Shown here one piece after another: positions 18,078-25,601 of a stretch of 64,000 nucleotides of DNA. Numbering within the stretch: position 1 is the stretch's first letter; the number at the start of each line of letters is the position of its first letter. Origin of the DNA: Bacteroidota bacterium (GTDB lineage: Bacteria; Bacteroidota; Bacteroidia; Flavobacteriales; Flavobacteriaceae). The position numbers and the translations under genes are program-made. Under the pieces are notes generated by a model. It worked only from the letters and a program-made list of their open reading frames with translations. It was not told the origin of the DNA and searched no databases. The stretch spans positions 17,054 through 81,053 of the forward strand of contig CANKZE010000001.1 of the NCBI GenBank assembly GCA_947488545.1, written 5' to 3'.

Positions 18078-20786
18078 TTAATCAGCAATATTTGGATTTA
18101 ACCATTTTGTTGCTACTTCTGTTGAAATATTTCTACGTTTTGAATAATCAATAACTTGATCTTCTTTAATTTTTCCGAGTCCAAAATACTTACTTTCAGG
18201 ATTTGCAAAGTAATATCCAGAGACTGATGAAGCCGGCCACATTGCCATACTTTCGGTAAGTTTAACTCCAATTTCATGTTCTACATTTAGTAATTTCCAA
18301 ATTGTAGGTTTCTCCAAATGGTCTGGACAGGCTGGATAACCTGGCGCTGGTCGAATTCCCTTGTACTTTTCTTCTATTAAATCATCAGTGGATAATTTCT
18401 CATCCGAAGCATAACCCCAAATGTCTTTCCTAACTTTTTCATGTAAATATTCTGCAAAAGCTTCCGCCAATCGATCCGCAAGTGCTTTAACCATAATTGA
18501 ATTATAGTCGTCTAATTTTGTTTCAAATTCCGCAGCCCATTCATCAACTCCAAAACCGGTTGTTACACAAAATGCTCCAATATAATCCGTTTTTCCACAA
18601 TCTTTCGGCGCAATAAAATCGGCTAATGCTATATTTGGTGCTCCAGCAGTTTTTTGGGATTGCTGACGTAATGTCAGAAAAGCTAGTGGTTGTTGATTAT
18701 TGGTTATTGGTTGAACCAAAATATCATCGTCGTTAACTTGATTCGCAGGGAAAATTCCAAAAATACCTTTGGCAGATAATTTCTTTTCCTTCAAAATTAC
18801 TTTTAGCATTTCTTGAGCGTCTGCAAAAACAGAAGTTGCTTGTTCTCCAACTACCTCATCTGTAAGAATGGCTGGATATTTTCCAAACAATTCCCAAGTT
18901 CTAAAAAACGGAGTCCAATCGATATAGGGAACTAAAACATCCAAATCTACTTCTATAGTTTTTGTTCCAATGAAATTTGGTTTTACAGGCGTAAAATTGT
19001 CCCAATCCAATTTTAATTTATTAGCACGAGCTTGTTCGATAGTTAAGAAATTCTTATCCCGACTTCTGTTCAAATATCCTTCTCGCAGTTCATCGTATTC
19101 CGAACGAATTTCGCTTACATATTTTAAATTAGTGTCTTCATTCAATAAATTTCCTGCCACAGTAACCGCTCTTGAAGCGTCATTAACATGAACCACAGTG
19201 CTCGAATATTGAGGTGCAATTTTAACTGCAGTGTGCGCTCGAGAAGTGGTAGCGCCCCCAATCATAATTGGGATTTTTACATTTAACCTCTCCAATTCTT
19301 TAGCCAAATAAACCATTTCATCCAATGATGGTGTAATTAATCCGCTTAACCCAATAATATCAACGTTGTGCTCAATTGCCGCTGCGATAATTTTTTCGGG
19401 CGCAACCATCACCCCTAAATCAATGATTTCGTAATTATTACAACCTAAAACTACCGAAACTATGTTTTTTCCGATGTCGTGAACATCGCCTTTTACTGTT
19501 GCCATTAGAATGCGGCCTGCCCCTTGCTTATCGCCAACTTGCTTACTAGCTTCGATGTATGGTAATAAATAGGCAACCGCTTTTTTCATAACTCGTGCTG
19601 ATTTTACTACTTGTGGCAAGAACATTTTTCCACTTCCAAATAAATCCCCGACAACGTTCATTCCTGCCATTAAATTGATTTCAATAACATCTATTGGTTT
19701 GGAAGCGGCGAGTCTGGCTTCTTCAATGTCTTGGTCGATAAATTCATCTATTCCTTTAACTAAGGAATGCGTTAAACGTTCTTGAATAGTTCCTGATCGC
19801 CATTCTTGAACCGCTTTTTCGTTATTCTTAGAATCCCCTTTTACATTTTCTGCAAAATCCAATAGTCGTTCGGTAGCGTCCTCTCTCCGATTTAATAATA
19901 CGTCTTCAACATGTTCTAGTAAATCTTTTGGGATTTCATCATAAATGGTTAACATTTCTGGGTTTACAATTCCCATGGTCATTCCATTATTAATTGCATG
20001 ATATAAAAACACTGAATGCATTGCCTCACGAACGGTATCGTTTCCTCTAAACGAAAATGAAACGTTACTAACCCCGCCGCTTACATGTGCATGTGGAAGA
20101 TTTTCTTTAATCCATTTTGTAGCTCTAAAGAAATCTAACGCATTCAATTTGTGTTCGTCCATTCCCGTTGCTACTGGAAAAATATTCGGATCAAAAATGA
20201 TGTCTTGAGGCGGATAACCAACTTTATTAACTAGAATATCGTAAGATCTTTTACAAATTTCGATTCGCCTTTCATAAGTATCAGCTTGTCCGACTTCGTC
20301 GAAGGCCATGATAATTACTGCCGCACCGTATTTTTTAATTAATTTGGCATGATGAATAAAACGTTCTTCACCTTCTTTAAGAGAAATTGAATTGACCACG
20401 CTTTTTCCTTGCGCCACTTTCAAACCGGCTTCAATAATTTCCCATTTTGAACTATCAATCATCAATGGAACACGAGAAATATCTGGTTCGGAAGCAATTA
20501 AATTCAGGAATGTGGTCATTGCGTAAACACCATCAAGCATTCCCTCATCCATATTGACATCAATGATTTGTGCGCCGCCTTCTACCTGCTCTTTTGCAAT
20601 AGAAAGTGCTTCTTCGTATTTCTCTTCTTTAATTAATCGAAGGAATTTTCGAGAACCTGTAACGTTTGTCCTTTCACCAACGTTTACAAAGTTGGTTTCT
20701 GGAGTCACAATAAGTGGTTCTAGACCTGATAACTTTAAAAAGTTGTTGGTTGTTGGTTGTTGGTTGTTGGCCGTATCTATAATCAT
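18078..20786 (-). CDS. metH: Cobalamin-dependent methionine synthase: pterin-binding, B12-binding and activation domains
   Basis: [10 protein letters not shown]12 motif [30 protein letters not shown]. Confidence 0.96.
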   Translation of the reverse strand: MIIDTANNQQPTTNNFLKLSGLEPLIVTPETNFVNVGERTNVTGSRKFLRLIKEEKYEEALSIAKEQVEGGAQIIDVNMDEGMLDGVYAMTTFLNLIASEPDISRVPLMIDSSKWEIIEAGLKVAQGKSVVNSISLKEGEERFIHHAKLIKKYGAAVIIMAFDEVGQADTYERRIEICKRSYDILVNKVGYPPQDIIFDPNIFPVATGMDEHKLNALDFFRATKWIKENLPHAHVSGGVSNVSFSFRGNDTVREAMHSVFLYHAINNGMTMGIVNPEMLTIYDEIPKDLLEHVEDVLLNRREDATERLLDFAENVKGDSKNNEKAVQEWRSGTIQERLTHSLVKGIDEFIDQDIEEARLAASKPIDVIEINLMAGMNVVGDLFGSGKMFLPQVVKSARVMKKAVAYLLPYIEASKQVGDKQGAGRILMATVKGDVHDIGKNIVSVVLGCNNYEIIDLGVMVAPEKIIAAAIEHNVDIIGLSGLITPSLDEMVYLAKELERLNVKIPIMIGGATTSRAHTAVKIAPQYSSTVVHVNDASRAVTVAGNLLNEDTNLKYVSEIRSEYDELREGYLNRSRDKNFLTIEQARANKLKLDWDNFTPVKPNFIGTKTIEVDLDVLVPYIDWTPFFRTWELFGKYPAILTDEVVGEQATSVFADAQEMLKVILKEKKLSAKGIFGIFPANQVNDDDILVQPITNNQQPLAFLTLRQQSQKTAGAPNIALADFIAPKDCGKTDYIGAFCVTTGFGVDEWAAEFETKLDDYNSIMVKALADRLAEAFAEYLHEKVRKDIWGYASDEKLSTDDLIEEKYKGIRPAPGYPACPDHLEKPTIWKLLNVEHEIGVKLTESMAMWPASSVSGYYFANPESKYFGLGKIKEDQVIDYSKRRNISTEVATKWLNPNIAD
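18686..18713 (-). repeat. In-frame heptamer array inside metH
   Basis: mRNA strand CAACCAA TAACCAA TAATCAA CAACCAC, encoding QPITNNQQP. Confidence 0.75.
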
Positions 20787-21221
20787 AACAGCTTTCTATA
20801 ATAATTTATAAATCCGTTTAATAGTTTTTTACAAGATTGCATCTGGTTAAAAACAATATTAAAATTATTCTCGTCAATATATTTTTGGTCAAGAGCCACA
20901 TAACATTGTGTTTCTAGTTCATACAATGAACCTCTTGAAATATGTAAAAAATTAATTGTGTCTTTTGCTGTTTGTCTACCACAACCTTCTGCAATATTTG
21001 AAGGAATTGAAACCGAACATCTTCTCATTTGATTTGTCAAACCGTAAATTTCATCTTTTGGAAAAACTTTAGAAAATTCATAAACTAAATTTGTCAATTT
21101 CCTTGCTTCCACCCAAACTTCTAGTTTATTATATTCCATATTTATTTTTAATTATTGTAATCTACCTTAAATTTTCTTGATTTAATCTCCAACAACCATC
21201 AACTATCAACCGACAACTTTT
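20738..21221. mobile_element. Putative cassette: four-helix-bundle gene bounded by 33-bp inverted heptamer arrays
   Basis: 20738-20770 matches the reverse complement of 21189-21221 at 29/33 positions. No transposase; mobility is inferred. Confidence 0.55.
20783..21139 (-). CDS. Four-helix-bundle protein (TIGR02436 / 23S rRNA IVP / Avd-like family)
   Basis: LEVW...[30 protein letters not shown]...[15 protein letters not shown]. Confidence 0.93.
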   Translation of the reverse strand: MEYNKLEVWVEARKLTNLVYEFSKVFPKDEIYGLTNQMRRCSVSIPSNIAEGCGRQTAKDTINFLHISRGSLYELETQCYVALDQKYIDENNFNIVFNQMQSCKKLLNGFINYYRKLL

Positions 21222-22201
21222 CTCGGTTTATACTCCTTCGCCACTTCAGCGATTAATTTAATATGATCGGGATTTGTTCCGCAACATCCTCCAATAATAT
21301 TAATTAAATTTTCGTCTAAATATTCTTTAATTTGTGCTTGCATTTCGGCTGGAGTTTCGTCGTATTGACCAAAAGCGTTGGGCAATCCTGCATTGGGATG
21401 CGCCGAAATATTAAAAGAGGTATTGTGAGATAATTGTTTCAAATAAGGTTTTAATTGTTTGGCTCCTAGCGCACAATTAAATCCAACGCTCAACAATGGA
21501 ATATGTGAAATTGAAATTAAAAATGCTTCCACTGTTTGACCTGAAAGTGTTCTTCCAGAAGCATCGGTAATGGTTCCTGAAACCATAATTGGAATATCAA
21601 TATTGCGTTCTTCTTTTACTTCTTCAATGGCGAAAAGTGCTGCTTTCGCATTTAGGGTGTCAAAAATGGTTTCCACCAATAGTAAATCTACACCGCCGTC
21701 AATTAGCGCTTCTACTTGTTGTTTATAGGCAATTCTTAACTCGTCGAAGGTTACGGCTCTGAAACCAGGGTCGTTTACATCTGGCGACATGCTTGCAGTT
21801 CTGTTTGTTGGTCCGATTGAACCAGCAACGAATCTCGGTTTTTCAGGATTTTTTGCTGTAAATTCATCAGCGACTTCACGTGCTATTTTAGCGGATTCGA
21901 AATTGAGTTCATACACTAAATCTTCCAAATGGTAGTCGGCCATTCCGATCGTTGTTCCTGAGAAGGTATTGGTTTCTACAATATCAGCACCAGCTTTAAA
22001 ATATTGAGCGTGAATATCTCGAATTGCTTGCGGCTGCGTAAGTGACAATAAATCGTTGTTTCCTTTTAGGGAATGTGGGAAATTTGCAAAACGCTCGCCT
22101 CGGAAATCTTCTTCGGAGAAATTATAGCGTTGCAGCATGGTCCCCATTGCTCCATCGAGAACTAGTATTCGTTTGTTTATTTCTTGTAAAATCGAACTCA
22201 T
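21206..22201 (-). CDS. metH: Methionine synthase homocysteine-binding module (stand-alone N-terminal part of MetH)
   Basis: [36 protein letters not shown]. Confidence 0.95.
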   Translation of the reverse strand: MSSILQEINKRILVLDGAMGTMLQRYNFSEEDFRGERFANFPHSLKGNNDLLSLTQPQAIRDIHAQYFKAGADIVETNTFSGTTIGMADYHLEDLVYELNFESAKIAREVADEFTAKNPEKPRFVAGSIGPTNRTASMSPDVNDPGFRAVTFDELRIAYKQQVEALIDGGVDLLLVETIFDTLNAKAALFAIEEVKEERNIDIPIMVSGTITDASGRTLSGQTVEAFLISISHIPLLSVGFNCALGAKQLKPYLKQLSHNTSFNISAHPNAGLPNAFGQYDETPAEMQAQIKEYLDENLINIIGGCCGTNPDHIKLIAEVAKEYKPRKVVG

Positions 22202-22247
22202 TTATTTTTTTACTGATATTAATAGAGAGGCCTTAAATATAAAATTA

Positions 22248-22310
22248 TACCCCCGGTTGAAGTGGAAATCCTGCGGTTTTTTCCGCAGATTGCAACGAAA
22301 ACGGGAATAC
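22248..22310 (-). repeat. Structured intergenic repeat, copy C (candidate Flavo-1-like RNA motif)
   Basis: ttcccgttttcgttgcaatc-[tgcgg hairpin]-ggatttccacttcaaccgggg; similar to the copies at 24490 and 39560. Confidence 0.6.
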
Positions 22311-22383
22311 TAATTATTAGAATGCCGAAAAATTCGGTTCAAAAAAAATAAAAAATGTTATGGAAAGGGAGAGATATTCTCAG

Positions 22384-22485
22384 GTTATCTGTTCACGCAT
22401 GGCGTGATAGAATGTAGCACCTTCTTTAGGTATAAAGGGTTGCTAAGCTTTCATTGGGTCTAATCCCTCGGGCTTTCGTGATAAC
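22384..22485 (-). ncRNA. SAM-I riboswitch
   Basis: gttATCacGAaAGcccGAGGGAttaGaCCcaatGAaagcttaGCAACC...aaGGTGCtAcaTTC...GATaac, with P1 gttatc/gataac, upstream of metH-metF. Confidence 0.93.
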
Positions 22486-22705
22486 AATCAGTACATTTAA
22501 GAACGGTGCAAAGTAAGTGAATTGTGCTTTATTTTCCAAGTTTATTGATTTATAAATTTAAAAAAAATACAAACTCCTTAAAATCAAAAAAGCCATCCTT
22601 AGATTCTGAAATAAATTCGGAATAAATGGAAAGCTTTTCATTGGTCTAACTACTAAACCAGGCTACGGGTTACAAAGCCGTAGCAAAACAACACAACAAT
22701 CTTAA

Positions 22706-22721
22706 TCCCGAAGTCTCGGGA
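22706..22721. repeat. 16-bp palindromic mini-repeat
   Basis: tcccga-agtc-tcggga; 15/16 identical to the reverse complement of 40610-40625. Confidence 0.6.
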
Positions 22722-22732
22722 CCTTTTTTGGG

Positions 22733-22763
22733 CAAAAAAGTCACGTTGTTAAACGTGACTTTT
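22733..22763 (-). terminator. Terminator after tRNA-Asp
   Basis: aaaaaagtcacgtt-gtta-aacgtgactttt. Confidence 0.8.
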
Positions 22764-22775
22764 CCCAATTTTAAG

Positions 22776-22849
22776 CGGTCTGGACGGGACTCGAACCCGC
22801 GACCCCATGCGTGACAGGCATGTATTCTAACCAACTGAACTACCAAACC
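22776..22849 (-). tRNA. tRNA-Asp (GTC), CCA not encoded
   Basis: GGTTTGGTAGTTCAGTTGGTTAGAATACATGCCTGTCACGCATGGGGTCGCGGGTTCGAGTCCCGTCCAGACCG folds as a cloverleaf with anticodon GTC. Confidence 0.97.
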
Positions 22850-22913
22850 AGCGCTTTATTGCTTCACTAAACTTTTATTTTAATTGGAGTTCAGCGAACT
22901 TTGTTTGCGAGGG

Positions 22914-22921
22914 CAAATATA
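22914..22921 (-). promoter_or_regulatory. -7 promoter element (TATATTTG) for tRNA-Asp
   Basis: Exact TAnnTTTG match 65 nt upstream of the tRNA. Confidence 0.6.
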
Positions 22922-22981
22922 CAACCTATTTCGACTCTAGCAAGTGTTTTTTGAGAAAAATTTTAATATTCAGGACCAATA

Positions 22982-23908
22982 TCACCCAAAGGATTGTTTT
23001 TCAACTAGGTATGTAGTGAGGATTTTCTCAAAATTGGCTCCTACAGAAACGGGAACATACTTAATTTTGTTCTGGGCGCACGTAATTGCTACCTTTTTGA
23101 AGTAATTTGAAACTTGATTTTCGTAGGTTTCCTTAATGTTATCTGCAAAAATATTAATTTCTTCGCCTGATTCAAGGTCGATGAATTTTCTTGGTGCGGC
23201 ATCGAAATCAAAATTCAATTCGGTTTTTTCATCAATTACATGAAACAAAACGATTTTGTGTTTGTTGTGTTTCAAATGTTGTAATGCCGTAAATAGAGCA
23301 TCTTCATCGCCAGACTGAAACATGTCGGTAAACAAAACGATCATGGAACGGCGGTGAATTTTCTCGGCAATTTGATGTAAAAAGGAAATGGTATCGGTGC
23401 TTTTTGGTTTTTTACTGTTTTCCAATAATGATTCTAATTTGTTTAAAATCATTCGGTGGTGGCGATCGCTTCCTTTCTCGGGAGCATAATATTCATAACT
23501 ATCCGAATAGACGCTCAGACCAACAGCGTCGCGTTGTTTCTTCAATAAATTCATTAAAACCGCTGAAGCTAAAACAGAAAAACCAATTTTATTTTCATAA
23601 AATAACTGACTGTCTTTCAACTTTGGATAATGCATTGACGAGGAATTGTCAATGATTAAATGGCATCGCAAATTGGTTTCTTCCTCATACCTTTTTGTAT
23701 AAAGGCGATCGGTTTTTGCAAAAAGTTTCCAATCGATGTGTTTGGTACTTTCTCCAGGATTATAGACTTTGTGTTCCGCAAACTCGGCTGAAAACCCATG
23801 AAACGGACTTTTATGCATTCCCGAAATAAACCCTTCAACCACTTGATTCGCTAATAATTCAAGGTGCTGAAAGCTAGAAATTTTCTCTATTTGTGATTCA
23901 ATTTTCAT
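22982..23908 (-). CDS. DUF58 (VWA-like) domain protein
   Basis: GMHKSPFHGFSAEFAEHKVYNPGE...IDWKLFAK...IIDNSSSM. Confidence 0.9.
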   Translation of the reverse strand: MKIESQIEKISSFQHLELLANQVVEGFISGMHKSPFHGFSAEFAEHKVYNPGESTKHIDWKLFAKTDRLYTKRYEEETNLRCHLIIDNSSSMHYPKLKDSQLFYENKIGFSVLASAVLMNLLKKQRDAVGLSVYSDSYEYYAPEKGSDRHHRMILNKLESLLENSKKPKSTDTISFLHQIAEKIHRRSMIVLFTDMFQSGDEDALFTALQHLKHNKHKIVLFHVIDEKTELNFDFDAAPRKFIDLESGEEINIFADNIKETYENQVSNYFKKVAITCAQNKIKYVPVSVGANFEKILTTYLVEKQSFG

Positions 23909-23920
23909 CCTTCAAATGTA

Positions 23921-23960
23921 TTAAAAGATTAAACGATTTAAAAATTAAAAGATTGAAAAT
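23921..23960. repeat. Degenerate octamer tandem array
   Basis: ttaaaaga ttaaacga tttaaaaa ttaaaaga ttgaaaat. Confidence 0.55.
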
Positions 23961-23989
23961 AGTGTAACTGAAATAAATTCAGTTTAAAT

Positions 23990-24016
23990 AAAAAAGGTTT
24001 GACTTTCGCCAAACCT
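23990..24016 (-). terminator. Terminator after trxA
   Basis: aaaaaaggtttg...caaacct hairpin with a U-tract on the minus strand. Confidence 0.65.
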
Positions 24017-24050
24017 AGATTGCTTTATGCATTGCAAGGACAAATTATTT

Positions 24051-24368
24051 TTACAATAAAGTATTCAAGCTGTCAGCATAAGTTTGCTTTGGCGCAACAC
24101 CCACTTGTCTTGCAACTACTTCCCCGTTTTTAAAAACTAAAACCGTAGGGATGTTTCGTACTCCGTATTTTGCAGCAAATTCTTGGTTTGCATCTACGTC
24201 TACTTTTCCAACTACTGCTTTCCCAGCAAATTCTTCACTTATTTCGTCAATGATTGGTCCAACCATTCTACAAGGTCCACACCATGCTGCCCAAAAATCG
24301 ACCATTACTGGTTTGTCTGATTTCAAAACTACTTCGTCAAAAGTAGCATCTGTTATTGCTAATGCCAT
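24051..24368 (-). CDS. trxA: Thioredoxin
   Basis: DFWAAWCGPC and IPT motifs. Confidence 0.97.
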   Translation of the reverse strand: MALAITDATFDEVVLKSDKPVMVDFWAAWCGPCRMVGPIIDEISEEFAGKAVVGKVDVDANQEFAAKYGVRNIPTVLVFKNGEVVARQVGVAPKQTYADSLNTLL

Positions 24369-24489
24369 ATTTTCTATGTGTTAATTTATTTTCTAATGCA
24401 AATTTAATAATTAAATACCATTTGAACACTATTGTGAAATTACTTTTGATTATGAATGTATTGGTTTAATTTATATCTTTTTATTTGAA

Positions 24490-24568
24490 GCTAATCCCGC
24501 TATCATTCCAATCCGCGTTGTGGCTCGTACCTCTCCACAACCCGGGATTTTCCCTTCTATCGGGGCTA
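24490..24568 (+). repeat. Structured intergenic repeat, copy A (candidate Flavo-1-like RNA motif)
   Basis: gctaatcccgctatcattccaatc-[gttgtgg/ccacaac hairpin]-ggattttcccttctatcggggcta. Confidence 0.6.
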
Positions 24569-24592
24569 GGGTTTTTGTGGAATTAATTAATC

Positions 24593-25492
24593 CTATTTCT
24601 TCCAAAGATTCTCCTCTTTCCAATTTGAAGGAAAACCCATTGCTCTAGTATCAACATTAGGATACTTTGCTAGCAAAGTTTGAAATCTTTGAGAAAAAGA
24701 ATTATTTGGATTAATGGTTTGTAACAAATACAATATCATAGACAAAATAAAGTAAGTTTTATTATTGGCAACCGCACTATTAATTAACCAAGTTTTTCTT
24801 GTGGCTATTGGTTTAATAGGCTGAATACTCATAACACGATTCCATAAACGGGAATGATGTGCACAAACATTTCTTATATATACAATGCTGTGCATCCAAG
24901 AAGCAAAGGTGTTTTCGTTAAGCCCAAAATAATTAGCAATATTTCGTTTGGTCCTTGTTGGCTTTAAATTACTAAATAAAGAAGATAACGTCCCAAAAGA
25001 GGTTAATTCTAAAAGCATCCAACTTGGTGGTAATGGATTAGAATATTTACTTCTAAAAGCTACTATAAAATCGGCATCACTTCTACCGTATTCGTTGTCT
25101 AAACTAACTAGTGTTTTACTGTGATTATTTTGATTTTTAAATAAGGTGGCGTCTTGATACCAAAACGCACCATTTTGATGCGATAACAAATAAATCATTT
25201 TTGCTCTAATGGAAACTTCAATTTTTTCTAATTCCTGAATAATCAAAACACGAAGTTCTCTATCAAAACAATACAAATTAAATGCAGTATCAAATGTTGC
25301 CGATTCTTTAAAAGTGTGATTTTCTTTGTCCGCCAATAACGGATACCAATAACCACTTAATCTATAATAACTTATGCTTTCAAGTAAGTGTGTTGCTTTT
25401 TCAATATTTGGGATTTGTAAACCTCGTTCTTGTAGTTGTTCTAGCTGTTGAAGGTAGCTAAATGGCGGTTTATCAAACGGAACTAGGCTCAT
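24593..25492 (-). CDS. Abi family (Abi_2 / AbiD-AbiF-like) HEPN ribonuclease
   Basis: QLEQLQERGL, ISYYRLSGYW, LYCFDRELR, IEVSIR, PPSWMLLE.TSFG.LS and HEPN motif RNVCAH(HSRLWN). Start at 25492 (MSLVPFDK) preferred over 25513. Confidence 0.92.
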   Translation of the reverse strand: MSLVPFDKPPFSYLQQLEQLQERGLQIPNIEKATHLLESISYYRLSGYWYPLLADKENHTFKESATFDTAFNLYCFDRELRVLIIQELEKIEVSIRAKMIYLLSHQNGAFWYQDATLFKNQNNHSKTLVSLDNEYGRSDADFIVAFRSKYSNPLPPSWMLLELTSFGTLSSLFSNLKPTRTKRNIANYFGLNENTFASWMHSIVYIRNVCAHHSRLWNRVMSIQPIKPIATRKTWLINSAVANNKTYFILSMILYLLQTINPNNSFSQRFQTLLAKYPNVDTRAMGFPSNWKEENLWKK

Positions 25493-25511
25493 ATGGAAAG
25501 TATAGAAATGC

Positions 25512-25563
25512 AAAAAGCTTACTCTGAGCGCGCTGATCTAACGAGAAGCGGAGTAAGCATGTT
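25512..25563 (-). ncRNA. Structured leader RNA upstream of the abi gene (abiF-motif-like; candidate antitoxin or attenuator)
   Basis: Directly after the -7 element TACATTTG (25568-25575): GCUUACUC-CGCU-[12 nt]-AGCG-CGCUCA-GAGUAAGC-UUUUU. Confidence 0.6.
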
Positions 25564-25601
25564 GGGACAAATGTACAGATATTTATGTAATTAAAAAAAA
25601 T

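Noticed and set aside
20783-21139. Diversity-generating retroelement, suggested by the Avd-like protein
   Set aside because: No reverse transcriptase and no template/variable repeat pair differing at adenines seen in the window.
18078-22201. metH broken into a pseudogene by insertion
   Set aside because: Both parts are intact, split at a domain boundary and keep their catalytic motifs; split MetH is, to my knowledge, usual in flavobacteria.
22776-22849. tRNA-Asp as attachment site of a genomic island
   Set aside because: No integrase and no duplicated tRNA 3' end found in the window.
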